A stretch of 64,000 bases of DNA, from IMG/VR virus record IMGVR_UViG_3300044957_000763, positions 310,001-374,000 of that record; one strand, 5' to 3'. Positions 17,988-28,045 of the stretch are shown in pieces. The position numbers and the translations under genes are program-made. The notes under the pieces are model-generated. The model worked only from the letters and a program-made list of their open reading frames with translations. It had not been told where the DNA came from and did not search any database. Numbering within the stretch: position 1 is the stretch's first letter; the number at the start of each line of letters is the position of its first letter.

Positions 17988-19136
17988 ATGATGACAATGA
18001 CAGTACATCGTTCAGCATCCTTGTTTTATCGCGAGGGTTCAAGTGACAAAGAATACAATCTGTTCATCGAGGAATCGGCCGCGGGGCCTGGACTGTTCGA
18101 TGTACGGGCAACATGGGGTCGACGCGGAAGCGCCAACGACACTCAGCACAAAGCCCAAGGGGTTTCCATGCTCCAAGCTGAAGCGACTTTTGAGTCGTTA
18201 AAGCGCGCCAAGGAAGCCAAGGGATATCGAGAAGACCCGAGCATGGCACAAGGAAAACCACTTATTTCAGTGCCTGCATCATTTATTGTTGGCAATGCTG
18301 GCACCGCATCTATGCCCCTGGAGCGCGAGCTCACTGAACTCAAGCCCCAGTTACTGAATCCAATCACCGTCGATGAGATGGAGCGGTTCATCACCAGCGA
18401 TGCGTGGTTGGTACAGGAAAAACTTGATGGCAAGCGCATCATGGTTGAAGTCAGCTTTGGAAATGTGACTGCAAGTAATCGACGCTCTTGGAAGGTTGGT
18501 ATTCCGCAGGATGTGGCTGAAGAGCTCGCAAAGTTCGATGATTGCATTTTGGATGGCGAGCTGGTTGGTGGTGTGTATTACGTTTTCGATTGCCTGTCTC
18601 ACAACAGTGAAGACTTGCGGCCGGATTCGTACTTAAATCGCTTTAACACGCTTGTCGAGGAGGTGATTGGCGACCGTATGCTGTATCAAGTGGACATCGT
18701 TCCAACTGCTTACGGTACGAACGAGAAGCGCAAGCTGGTTCAGAGTTTAGAGCACAAAGAAGGTGTGGTGTTCAAGGAATTGAGCGCACCACACACTGTT
18801 GGGCGTCCTAACTCTGGTGGTTCGCAATTCAAGTGCAAGTTCTGGAGTTCGGCTACTTGTGTGGTGAGTGCGGTCAATAACGAAGCTGGTTCTACCAAGA
18901 GCAAGCGAAGCGTGGCTGTGGCTGTCGATTCGCCGGAAGGATTCGTTCAGGTTGGCAACGTCACGGTTCCCCCGAACTACGATATGCCGAATCTTGGAGA
19001 TTACGTAGAAATCAAGTATCTCTACTTCAATCCAGGCGGAGCGTTGTACCAACCCCAATATCTTGGCGTTCGCGATGACGTTGAGATAGATTTACTGTCA
19101 TCGCTAAAACCAAAATCGGAGGATTCAGACGACTAA
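17988..19136 (+). CDS. WGR-domain ATP-dependent DNA ligase
   Basis: SDKEY..WGRRG; motifs QEKLDGKR, ILDGEL, YYVFD, EGVVFK, KCK; OB domain VEIKY..LYQP. Confidence 0.85.
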   Translation: MMTMTVHRSASLFYREGSSDKEYNLFIEESAAGPGLFDVRATWGRRGSANDTQHKAQGVSMLQAEATFESLKRAKEAKGYREDPSMAQGKPLISVPASFIVGNAGTASMPLERELTELKPQLLNPITVDEMERFITSDAWLVQEKLDGKRIMVEVSFGNVTASNRRSWKVGIPQDVAEELAKFDDCILDGELVGGVYYVFDCLSHNSEDLRPDSYLNRFNTLVEEVIGDRMLYQVDIVPTAYGTNEKRKLVQSLEHKEGVVFKELSAPHTVGRPNSGGSQFKCKFWSSATCVVSAVNNEAGSTKSKRSVAVAVDSPEGFVQVGNVTVPPNYDMPNLGDYVEIKYLYFNPGGALYQPQYLGVRDDVEIDLLSSLKPKSEDSDD

Positions 19137-19193
19137 ATCCACCGGCCCCGGAACTTCGGTTCCGGGGTAAACTGTTTTTGTGAGGAACTTCAA

Positions 19194-19598
19194 ATGAACC
19201 AATCCTTTGTAATCATGGCCCCATACTGGGACTACAACGACGAATACAGTTACACTGTTGGCGAAGGTTCGGGCAGTCCGGTTGCGGTTTTTGCAGACCG
19301 GGCGCAAGCCGATGCCGAATGTGAACGACTTGAACTCGCGGCCTGGCGAATGAATCTCCAAGGTGAATCCATTGGTGGTTGGATGTGGGACTCATACGGT
19401 TATATGGTTGGTGGTGACGAAGACGAAGCCAAGGCTAAGTTGCGCGCCGCTTTTCCAGACGACTATGAACCCGATGAGGACATTGACCTTGATGACTTCA
19501 TGGTTCCAAGTAAGTTGACCGACGCGCAAGTCAATGTCCTGCGCGACGTGTTTTCGTGGATTTACTTCAATCACGTGGTTGTGGTAGAATCACACTGA
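19194..19598 (+). CDS. acidic hypothetical protein, paralogue of 19616..20032
   Basis: Shared YNDE...PVAVF...L(T/S)D.Q. Confidence 0.8.
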   Translation: MNQSFVIMAPYWDYNDEYSYTVGEGSGSPVAVFADRAQADAECERLELAAWRMNLQGESIGGWMWDSYGYMVGGDEDEAKAKLRAAFPDDYEPDEDIDLDDFMVPSKLTDAQVNVLRDVFSWIYFNHVVVVESH

Positions 19599-19615
19599 CA
19601 TTCAGGAGATAAACA

Positions 19616-20032
19616 ATGCCATTCATCGTAACTGAAACCCATTACGAATACAACGACGAGACCTACAACTCGCCTGATGCTGAACACGGCAAGGAACCGG
19701 GTGTTCCTGTTGCTGTGTTCAGCAATCGCAATGATGCCGAAAGTGACCGTTGGGCGCGAGAAATCAACCACTGGCGCGACAATGACGAACTTGGAGGTTA
19801 TGTCTACGAAATCAGCGAAGGCGAACCTTGGAGTGGTTCCAGTCGGTATCAGGAAGAACTTGACAAGTACAATGAAAAGCGTCGCAAGTTCGCTGATATC
19901 ACAGGAGTAGACCCGCTGACTGTTGAGTTTGGATATGAATTCGAGATGCCAACCGGGCTCTCTGATACTCAAATCCGAGAAGTCATCGAACTGTTCGAAG
20001 GTCCACACTTCTACAATGTGTTCGAGGTCTAA
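19616..20032 (+). CDS. acidic hypothetical protein, paralogue of 19194..19598
   Basis: Same pattern; AGGAG SD. Confidence 0.8.
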   Translation: MPFIVTETHYEYNDETYNSPDAEHGKEPGVPVAVFSNRNDAESDRWAREINHWRDNDELGGYVYEISEGEPWSGSSRYQEELDKYNEKRRKFADITGVDPLTVEFGYEFEMPTGLSDTQIREVIELFEGPHFYNVFEV

Positions 20033-20034
20033 CC

Positions 20035-20241
20035 ATGACAAAACCAATGCTGAAGTTGATTCAGGATGCCCGTGAGGCAGGACTCAATGTAAGCGAGAAA
20101 GAAAACTTCGTGTCTGTGAAGCGTGGTAGTGTTATTGTCATTTTTTGGAATGACGGCACTATCCACCGAGGAGACGTGGAACTGGCTTTGGCCTCGAAAA
20201 TGACCCAGAAAATGGCACGCCAAGCACTGGGTTTGTCGTAA
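20035..20241 (+). CDS. hypothetical protein
   Basis: ORF ending just before motif 20245. Confidence 0.7.
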   Translation: MTKPMLKLIQDAREAGLNVSEKENFVSVKRGSVIVIFWNDGTIHRGDVELALASKMTQKMARQALGLS

Positions 20242-20298
20242 TCCCGGCCCCGGAGCTTGATGCTCTGGGGTCTTTTCATTCGGAGACATCAAAAAACC

Positions 20299-21339
20299 AT
20301 GAGTCACTTTGTAACAGCAGTGTTCGCTCCAACGAACATCGCAACTAACCCGACCCTCCTTGAGAGGTATTTGGAAGATAAGCTCGCACCTTTTGACGAA
20401 AATCTTCAGGTGGACGAGTACGACCGCGACTGCCACTGCATCGGTAACGCCGCGAGAATAGCGGCGCGTGAAAAGGCGGATGCCGAGTTTGGGACGATTG
20501 AATCGTTGCGAGATTCGTTTTCCGCCTTGGTGCTGACCGATGGCCGTTGTGTTGGCGATATGCAGAAGCGCAACAGTGAGCTGATGTTTGCAATAAGCAT
20601 CAGTGAAGAGGAGAAATCAGAGTATCAAGCCCTGGATTCTGAACTTGATAAGCTCTGGAAGGGGCATATCACACGACGGAACGATGCTGAGAAGCAATAC
20701 TTCGATACCCACCCGATGAAGGATGCCCCAGACCCTACTTGTGGTTTCTATTCTGGTGAACGACAAGACTGGTGGGGTGAAGGTGTCAAAGAAGGAGACC
20801 GATACAGCGATGGGTCTGGTTGCGGAGCCACTGGCACATATCGTTCGACATACAACCCTGATGCCCAGTGGGACTGGTGGGTGATTGGAGGCCGATGGAA
20901 TGGCTGGCTTGCACCACCAGAAGCACAGCCTGAGAAAGACCCAGACAACTGGGAAACCTGCTGGTTGTGCAACGGCACTGGTATGCGAAATGATGACCTC
21001 GGTCAAAAAGCGCGCGAGGCCGACCCGACGTACACCTGCAATGGTTGTGGTGGCAATGGCAAGAGTGTGGTGTGGCCGAGCGAACAAAAGGATTCGGGCT
21101 ACAATGTTGTTTCTCCGAAATACATTGAGTCTCTGGGTCTGATTGGCGACCTGCCCACGCCTTATGCTTTTATTGACCTTAATGGTGAATGGCATCAGAA
21201 GGGTGATATGGGTTGGTGGGGTATGTCGAGTAACGAAAAGGACAGAGATGCGTGGGTCGAAGAGTGGCGCACTGCTCTTGCCGACATCAGCGATGGTGTG
21301 GATGGTTTTCGTGTCGTCGTTGTCGATATGCACATCTAA
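20299..21339 (+). CDS. conserved phage protein (YNP..WDWW.IGGRW type) with inserted DnaJ-like CxxCxGxG zinc finger
   Basis: MSHF start, YNPDAQWDWWVIGGRW, CWLCNGTG, CNGCGGNG, GWWG, VDMHI end. Confidence 0.8.
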   Translation: MSHFVTAVFAPTNIATNPTLLERYLEDKLAPFDENLQVDEYDRDCHCIGNAARIAAREKADAEFGTIESLRDSFSALVLTDGRCVGDMQKRNSELMFAISISEEEKSEYQALDSELDKLWKGHITRRNDAEKQYFDTHPMKDAPDPTCGFYSGERQDWWGEGVKEGDRYSDGSGCGATGTYRSTYNPDAQWDWWVIGGRWNGWLAPPEAQPEKDPDNWETCWLCNGTGMRNDDLGQKAREADPTYTCNGCGGNGKSVVWPSEQKDSGYNVVSPKYIESLGLIGDLPTPYAFIDLNGEWHQKGDMGWWGMSSNEKDRDAWVEEWRTALADISDGVDGFRVVVVDMHI

Positions 21340-21390
21340 CGACCTGGCCCCGGAACTTCGGTTCCGGGGCTTTTTTGATAGGAGATAGAT

Positions 21391-21918
21391 ATGCCAAACT
21401 GGGTTGAAAATCAACTAAAAATTTCAGGAGAACCTGAACATCTCACTGCATTGCGTGAATTTATCTCAGGTACAAACAGCGACGGGGAACCCTTGATGTT
21501 TGACTTTGAGAAAGTAATTCCGACTCCAGAGGAACTTGCATTGACAAATGCTCCAAATACTGTCAATGCTCAAGAGATGATTGACAAATATGGTCATGCA
21601 GACTGGTATGAATTCCGTTACAAACGATGGGGGACTAAATGGAACCTGCATGACAATCCTGAAATCATCGACACCAGCGATACAGTGCTGAAAATCAGTT
21701 TTGACACAGCATGGTGGCCGCCTGATGGTGTCATCGCAGAACTGTCTGTGCGATTCCCGCAACTCCGTTTTGAGTTGTGGTCATGTGACCCTGCAATAGA
21801 CTGGGCGTTTTATATGGAGTTCGACTTAGGTAGTGTGATTCTATTCGAAGAAGTGCCCTATGACCAGGAAATCAAAGAGATGTTTGGTCACGAAGATTGG
21901 GATGATGACTATGAATAA
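21391..21918 (+). CDS. YubB/DUF1281-like ferredoxin-fold protein
   Basis: MPNW..N.L, FDFEKVIP.P, WGTKW, FDTAW.PP. Confidence 0.75.
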   Translation: MPNWVENQLKISGEPEHLTALREFISGTNSDGEPLMFDFEKVIPTPEELALTNAPNTVNAQEMIDKYGHADWYEFRYKRWGTKWNLHDNPEIIDTSDTVLKISFDTAWWPPDGVIAELSVRFPQLRFELWSCDPAIDWAFYMEFDLGSVILFEEVPYDQEIKEMFGHEDWDDDYE

Positions 21919-21956
21919 CCGGCCCCGGAACCGAAGTTCCAGGGCTTTTTTGCACC

Positions 21957-22148
21957 ATGCTAACGCACGAACAAGAAACCGATTACAAGCTCCCCGATGG
22001 TGAATCCTGTTGGATTACCGTTGGTGAGCTTAGTATTTACATCTCGAATGGAGCTGGCGTCAGCGGCCAGATTATCGAGGTGTACCCGCTAGGCAAAGAA
22101 GCCGAAGACCCTTTGCAGGCCATTCAACTGGAGTCACTACTACAATGA
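21957..22148 (+). CDS. hypothetical protein
   Basis: Motif +37. Confidence 0.7.
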   Translation: MLTHEQETDYKLPDGESCWITVGELSIYISNGAGVSGQIIEVYPLGKEAEDPLQAIQLESLLQ

Positions 22149-22537
22149 GCGAAACCGCATACGAGAAAGCAAAACGCGAAAGTGAAGAGAACATGAAGAA
22201 ACTCGGCCGCGTTTGGAATCCAATTGTCTGCGACATTCCCGAGGATGCTTGGGAACCAGTGGGCGATTTCGACAAAGATGAAAACGGGAACATCATCGAC
22301 GCCCGGACCAAACTCAAGGTTTGTATGAGGCTGTCCGGCATCATGATGCACGTCGAGGCCATCGAGGTTTACGAAGTCGAGAGTGGCTCGGAAGCTGGAT
22401 TCTTGAAGGCTACCAATCCGTATCTCGAAGTAGACGTTGAACGCATCTGGGCCATTGCTGGTTGGGAAGGCGACAGTCCTGACTTACTGGAGGTCCAGGG
22501 TCGTCAATACCTGCTCACGATGTTTCCGTTCGCATAA
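22145..22537 (+). CDS. hypothetical protein
   Basis: ATGA overlap. Confidence 0.75.
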   Translation: MSETAYEKAKRESEENMKKLGRVWNPIVCDIPEDAWEPVGDFDKDENGNIIDARTKLKVCMRLSGIMMHVEAIEVYEVESGSEAGFLKATNPYLEVDVERIWAIAGWEGDSPDLLEVQGRQYLLTMFPFA

Positions 22538-22579
22538 CCACCGGCCCCGGAACTTCGGTTCCGGGGCACACAAACCATT

Positions 22580-23059
22580 ATGATTCACATGATTGAGGTC
22601 GATTTCGCGAGCCCTGTGCTACGCAAGTTGATGACTTCCGACCGCACCATACAAGAAGACGAGCAGATGCTCGCCATCTTTAATGGTGTCCCTGAGAACC
22701 ACACGTTCGTTGACACTTATGGACCACAGTCTATTTTCGCCCAGATTGGGTTGAGCTGGTGGCGCGATGTGGTTCCTCGACTCGATGAGGATTTCGTTCT
22801 AGGCCCAGAGGAATGCAATGCAGTTTCACAGATGCTCATGAATGCTATGCCGCCTTCACCTACAAAGGTGATTCAGGCAATGGGCGATGGTACTGAGCTT
22901 GCACACTGTGTCGAGCAATATCCTGAGGCCAACGTAATTCGAGACCCGTCTTTGCCATATGACGCAGACGAAATTGCCACTTTGTTCTTCAAATTGGGCC
23001 AGCTCACTGGCTTCTTTTTCAATGGACACAGGGGCAACGGCATCGTTGTCTCACCATAG
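22580..23059 (+). CDS. hypothetical protein
   Basis: Motif +38; followed by a terminator. Confidence 0.75.
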   Translation: MIHMIEVDFASPVLRKLMTSDRTIQEDEQMLAIFNGVPENHTFVDTYGPQSIFAQIGLSWWRDVVPRLDEDFVLGPEECNAVSQMLMNAMPPSPTKVIQAMGDGTELAHCVEQYPEANVIRDPSLPYDADEIATLFFKLGQLTGFFFNGHRGNGIVVSP

Positions 23060-23064
23060 TTACT

Positions 23065-23094
23065 GGGCGTGCTCTTCGGAGCACGCCCTTTTTT
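23065..23094 (+). terminator. intrinsic terminator
   Basis: GGGCGTGCTC-TTCG-GAGCACGCCC + T tract. Confidence 0.85.
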
Positions 23095-23452
23095 GTTTCC
23101 GGGTTTATATAAATCCGGCTTTAATCCCGGATAAATATATAAATAGGCCTGGTTATAAATCCATTAATAACTGGTTTGAACCTAAATTAAATGGCCGAGC
23201 TGCACGCTCGCGGACCGGTCCGGCGATTAATTTCGAGCCCAGAATCACAAATCGAGGCGATTTCGAGCCGCGTAGGTTCAAAATCTTATTTTTTTGAGGC
23301 CAGGTAATTAGTGGATTAATTAGTTATATAGGGGTAATTAGTGGATTTAATCTAGTTGACTTGCCTGGACCAGCCAGGGCCAGCGTGCTCCGCCGGCTGT
23401 CAAGCTGAAAAATCCGGCCCCGGAACTACATTGAGGCCGGTTTAGGTTCAGC

Positions 23453-23938
23453 ATGACCGAGCTCAGACGACAACTCGAATGGATTGCAGGCCTCGGAAAC
23501 GAACTGCGCGGCATCGGCGCATATGAGCGATTCGTCCTGAAACACGGATACGAATTCTCTGGTGCCATCGAAATCCCAGAACATGTCCAGCGCGGAGAGA
23601 TGAAGTTATGTTTTGGTAACGCAGCCTTGGTGGCCCTGGCGTTCCCAGAAGAGTTCATCTACACCGAAGGATATGCATGGCAAGAAGGAATACCAATCAC
23701 TTTGGCCCATGGTTGGATTATCAATCGACAGGGCCAAGTTATCGACCCCACATGGGGCACTGATAAGTGCGTCGACTACTTCGGCGTGCTCGTGAAACCC
23801 GAATATGTTCGGCCTCGAGCTGGACTTTCAATGATTGACGACTGGCAGAACGGCTGGCCGTTAATCCAGTCAGAAACGCCTGAAGACCACCTCGTCGAAC
23901 TTGAGCAGTGGATTTCGGGCTCCGGCCCCGGAGCTTGA
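23453..23938 (+). CDS. conserved hypothetical protein (C..NA...Y.EG.A...HGW...DPTW, transglutaminase-like triad)
   Basis: Motif +38; CFGNA, YTEGYA, AHGW, IDPTW. Confidence 0.7.
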   Translation: MTELRRQLEWIAGLGNELRGIGAYERFVLKHGYEFSGAIEIPEHVQRGEMKLCFGNAALVALAFPEEFIYTEGYAWQEGIPITLAHGWIINRQGQVIDPTWGTDKCVDYFGVLVKPEYVRPRAGLSMIDDWQNGWPLIQSETPEDHLVELEQWISGSGPGA

Positions 23939-23987
23939 TTAAGCCCCGAATTTTGAATCAAATCGGTTAGAAACCGAGAGCACGCTT

Positions 23988-25169
23988 ATGGAAACAACTA
24001 CGAAAACGATTAGGTACAATGAGGCTGTGAAAAGCCTCCCTGACGAGATTAAGGTTGAGGATTTGAAAGCCAATCCTGGAAACTACCACGCACGACAGCT
24101 CCGTAATATCGTGGTAGCCTACGGTATTGGTGATGCAAAGTGGCGCAACCTTGCACCTAAGGACGAACTGATTCAGGCACTTCAGGAGAACTTCCCTAAT
24201 GGTGTCATCAAGGTTCTGAAGGCTGGCGATGAGGTCGTAAAGACCACAGGCACACCAGCGAAGCCGAAAGTCGAAATGCCGGCACCGACGAACATCCTTC
24301 CTGGCTTGTTCATCCCTGCCGAAGATGAGTCTTTCGTCTTTGATTCAAACCTGCGTTCGTACTTGTCCGCTCTGCGACGTATGTCTCAACTTACCAAGCA
24401 AGAAGAGGCAGATGGTGTCAGAAAGGACATTATGAACACCTTGCTGGTCGGACCACAGGGATGCGGTAAGACTTCGGTGGCTTATGAGTTCGCCGCAAAG
24501 ACGGGGATGCCTTTGCTGAAGATGAACTGCCCGCTGGTTCGCGAACCCCGTGACTGGTTCGGTGCAAAACGTGCCGAAAACGGTTCGGTGTTCTGGGATA
24601 AGGCTTTGTTCGCTGAGGCAATCGCCCAAGGTGGTTTGGTCGTCCTTTTGGACGAAATCACTCGCGCAACTCCGAACGTACTGAACTCGCTTCTGCCTCT
24701 TCTGGACTGGACGCGAGAATCGTACATCGAAGAAGCCAAGGAGAAGCTGAAGGTTGGACCAAGGACTTTCTTCTTCGCAACCGCCAACATCGGTGCGCAA
24801 TTCACAGGCACTTTCAAGCTGGACTCGGCTTTGGCTGACCGGTTTGGTGCAATTGTGGAATGCTCGTTCTTGCCTGAGCAAGACGAATCCGAATTGCTGG
24901 TTAAGCGAAGTGGCATCTCGCAAGATGTTGCGAATCGCCTGGTCAGGGTGGCTAACATGGTGCGAAATGAGAATCAGACTAGCGGTAAGCTGACTGAGAC
25001 GATTTCAACCCGTGTCCTTCTTGACGTGGCACGACTGTACGTTCCTCTCAAGGAGACGGCTTTTCGGTTCACGATTTTGCCGAAATTCTCTGCTGATGGT
25101 GGAAAGCAGTCCGAACGAGCGCAAGTCATTGCGTTCATTCAGGGTCAGTTCCCCAATCTTGTTCTCTAA
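23988..25169 (+). CDS. MoxR/CbbQ/CobS-type AAA+ ATPase
   Basis: Walker A GPQGCGKT, Walker B LLDEITR, ATAN, ALADRF, ISTR. Confidence 0.9.
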   Translation: METTTKTIRYNEAVKSLPDEIKVEDLKANPGNYHARQLRNIVVAYGIGDAKWRNLAPKDELIQALQENFPNGVIKVLKAGDEVVKTTGTPAKPKVEMPAPTNILPGLFIPAEDESFVFDSNLRSYLSALRRMSQLTKQEEADGVRKDIMNTLLVGPQGCGKTSVAYEFAAKTGMPLLKMNCPLVREPRDWFGAKRAENGSVFWDKALFAEAIAQGGLVVLLDEITRATPNVLNSLLPLLDWTRESYIEEAKEKLKVGPRTFFFATANIGAQFTGTFKLDSALADRFGAIVECSFLPEQDESELLVKRSGISQDVANRLVRVANMVRNENQTSGKLTETISTRVLLDVARLYVPLKETAFRFTILPKFSADGGKQSERAQVIAFIQGQFPNLVL

Positions 25170-25264
25170 TCGGAACGGGGTTGAGCTGACCCCGAACCGA
25201 CGTGCTCAAAACGGGGTCGGCTATGCCGGCCCCGTAACTACAAAACCCAAGGAAAACAAGAATC

Positions 25265-27172
25265 ATGAAGCGTTCAGCATCACAAGTTATCACGTCCATG
25301 TTTGGCTTTGACCGACCAGACAAGATGGACGAAAAAGCACTTTTGAAGGATGGTCTACGAACCGTCAGCCGTGTCTTGTATGCTGCTGGTGGTTTGCATG
25401 ACAGGCACCTGTCGGTGGCTTATTCCAATGGAGAATCGGTCAACCAAGTTAGCGGTCGTGTTGTCTATCTGGACTCTGACGTGGTTTTACAACCGCGAAA
25501 AGAGTTTCAAGACTACGATGTGCGCAACGACGTTCTGGTTGGTTCTGCTCTGGTTGGCGCAAACGTCAAACTGACCGCAGATGCCCAATTTTACGATACG
25601 TTACAAGAAGAGGATGAGAACATCAAGCGGATTTACCAATCCACTGAGTTTCGCGCCTCTGAAATGCGCGTTGAGAACGAAGCACCTGGTTTGGTGCCGT
25701 ACTTGGATACTCGGTCTGACTACTATGTTGATGACCAGCTTGTTCAGACACTGAGCGATGCGGTACAGAATCCTGAGACGCATTCGGAAGTGGCTTGTGC
25801 GCTATTGAACAACGCACTGCTACACCGCAACGCCGGCAATGCTGTTGACATGGGTGTTTACACCGAAGCAGTCAACGAAGCTGTTGGGCGTCTTGAGCGA
25901 TGCAAAAATTCAGAAGTTCGCCATTCGGAAGCAACTGAAATCGTCAACTGGTTCAGGGAAATGTTCGACCCCGAACCTCCTCCCCCGCCTCCATCTGGTG
26001 GTAGTGGTGAGGACGAGCAGGAAGACCAAGACAATCAGGACGAAAACGAAGGTCAAGGTGGCGGGCAGGGTGACCAAGACGCAAACCAAGACCAAGGTAA
26101 AAACCAAGGTGGTCAAGGTGATGACGGTGACGGTGACGGTGACGGAAACGGTCAACCAGCGAAGCCTGATATGTCCGAAGCCAACAAGAAGTTCGACCAA
26201 GAACTGACTGCGGTTTCCGGTCAAGTCGAGAACGAAACTGGTGATAGCCAAGCAGTGCAAGCTGTTTATGGTCAACCATCGAATGGCAACAATACTCCTA
26301 GTGAGGGTGAATGTGGCTTGGAGATTGGAGCAGAAATGCCTTGCAATGGCTGGGGCGATGAAGTCGAACCAGCAACTATCACGGTGCAAAAAGTCGCAAT
26401 TGGTTATGTTGACCGATACGAAGCAATCAAGGCTGAGGTTCGCGTTGGCACTCGTGCCCTTGTGAACAAACTTGCCTGGACTGCTCAACTTCCGACCATG
26501 ACCGAACACGGTTATCGAAGTGGTGACTTGGACGAAGGTTCTTTGTCCAACCTGTTCTTGAATGACCAAAACCCTGCGGTGTTTCAGCGAACAGAGATTA
26601 CAGCACGTCCTGACGTGGCTGTAGGCATCATGGTAGACGAATCTGGTTCTATGTACGGGGAAAAGATTGAGGCTGCTAGACGGGTAACCGTCATGCTGAC
26701 CGAAGCCTTCAGCCAAGTAGCAGGAACACGGGTTCGGGTTTGGGGACACACCACCGGGTATTATCGTGATGATGAATGCGTCGTGATTCCGTATGTCACG
26801 GCACAACACAAGTCACCTCACGGTATCTCAACAATGGAAGCCAGAAGTGGCAACATTGACGGTGCCGCCTTGTGGTATGCCGCCCAAGAACTTGCCAAGT
26901 TTGACGCTGACGCCGAACGTCGTATCTTATTCTGCATCTCTGACGGATTGCCTAGCGGTGGTCAAGAGGACGGTGTGGAATACAACCGACGCAAGGCAGA
27001 AGCATCAAGGAACATCGGCGTCGAAGTGTTCGGCATCGGCATCTTGAATGCCTACACCCCTCACGTTGGCGAACGGTTGTTCGGCAAGGATGCTTTCTGC
27101 GTCTTTTCAGATGTGGAATCGGCTGGACAAGTAATCGGTGCGTTCATCACCCGTGTGGTGAACCGCCTCTGA
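25265..27172 (+). CDS. CobT/NorD-like VWA (MIDAS) protein
   Basis: VDESGSM, ISDGLP, acidic Gly/Gln/Asp linker; directly after the AAA gene. Confidence 0.9.
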   Translation: MKRSASQVITSMFGFDRPDKMDEKALLKDGLRTVSRVLYAAGGLHDRHLSVAYSNGESVNQVSGRVVYLDSDVVLQPRKEFQDYDVRNDVLVGSALVGANVKLTADAQFYDTLQEEDENIKRIYQSTEFRASEMRVENEAPGLVPYLDTRSDYYVDDQLVQTLSDAVQNPETHSEVACALLNNALLHRNAGNAVDMGVYTEAVNEAVGRLERCKNSEVRHSEATEIVNWFREMFDPEPPPPPPSGGSGEDEQEDQDNQDENEGQGGGQGDQDANQDQGKNQGGQGDDGDGDGDGNGQPAKPDMSEANKKFDQELTAVSGQVENETGDSQAVQAVYGQPSNGNNTPSEGECGLEIGAEMPCNGWGDEVEPATITVQKVAIGYVDRYEAIKAEVRVGTRALVNKLAWTAQLPTMTEHGYRSGDLDEGSLSNLFLNDQNPAVFQRTEITARPDVAVGIMVDESGSMYGEKIEAARRVTVMLTEAFSQVAGTRVRVWGHTTGYYRDDECVVIPYVTAQHKSPHGISTMEARSGNIDGAALWYAAQELAKFDADAERRILFCISDGLPSGGQEDGVEYNRRKAEASRNIGVEVFGIGILNAYTPHVGERLFGKDAFCVFSDVESAGQVIGAFITRVVNRL

Positions 27173-27220
27173 CCAGGAACGCCCGGCCCCGGAGCCGGGC
27201 GTTTCCTCATTTATCAAACT

Positions 27221-27670
27221 ATGGAAAACTCCAGAGACCCAATGGAAACAGGCACATATCCAATGCCTGACTTTGATGCGCCAAGTACGCATGAAAACCT
27301 CATCCTTCAGAACATGGCACTGTTGTTGACGGGTAGGTTTGCTGGCAAGGTCGTACAGTACCTTAGACCGGTAGACGACGTTAGCTACATTGATATGTTC
27401 TCCGCCTTGACCTTAGATGTATTGCTGGTCGCCGCTATGTCTATGGAAATGTCCAAGCCTTCACCTGATGCGCCAAAGGACTTTGGGACATGTCTTCAGG
27501 CGGCCAGTGAACGAACATTAAAACTGATGGAAGAAGGCCTAGACCCTAAAATCAAGGCGGAAATTGATGCGAACCTTGATGCACTTACGGCTATGGCATC
27601 AGCAGTTGACATGATAACTTCACTGATGAATAGGTTAAGCGGCCCCGGAAACCAACCAAAAGCCGATTGA
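27221..27670 (+). CDS. hypothetical protein
   Basis: Motif +37. Confidence 0.75.
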   Translation: MENSRDPMETGTYPMPDFDAPSTHENLILQNMALLLTGRFAGKVVQYLRPVDDVSYIDMFSALTLDVLLVAAMSMEMSKPSPDAPKDFGTCLQAASERTLKLMEEGLDPKIKAEIDANLDALTAMASAVDMITSLMNRLSGPGNQPKAD

Positions 27671-27676
27671 AACATC

Positions 27677-28045
27677 ATGAAAATTGATTGGAAACTCTTA
27701 GCAAACCAGAAAGCTACGCTGTTGGACTTAATCTCCAACGGCGTACTTACTGAACAACAGCGCGATGACCTCCAGGGTCTTGTGCACTTCATTGACTCAG
27801 AGCAAGACATGGCCGTAGAAAGGCTTGGTGCAGAAGCTGTAGTTTTCTTGTATGAAGACAGCTACCGCGATGGCGATGGAAAATTCATTAGCCATAGCGA
27901 ATGGAAGCCCGGGCCAAACTGGCGCGAACTTCTGAGCGATGTGGTAGACTCCGAGGATGACACAGGATGTGACGGCTTGACAGTCATTGACAAAGATGCA
28001 TACCGCAAGTTGTACGATGCCTGGTTGGAGGTGCCATGTGATTAG
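27677..28045 (+). CDS. hypothetical protein
   Basis: Motif +37. Confidence 0.75.
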   Translation: MKIDWKLLANQKATLLDLISNGVLTEQQRDDLQGLVHFIDSEQDMAVERLGAEAVVFLYEDSYRDGDGKFISHSEWKPGPNWRELLSDVVDSEDDTGCDGLTVIDKDAYRKLYDAWLEVPCD

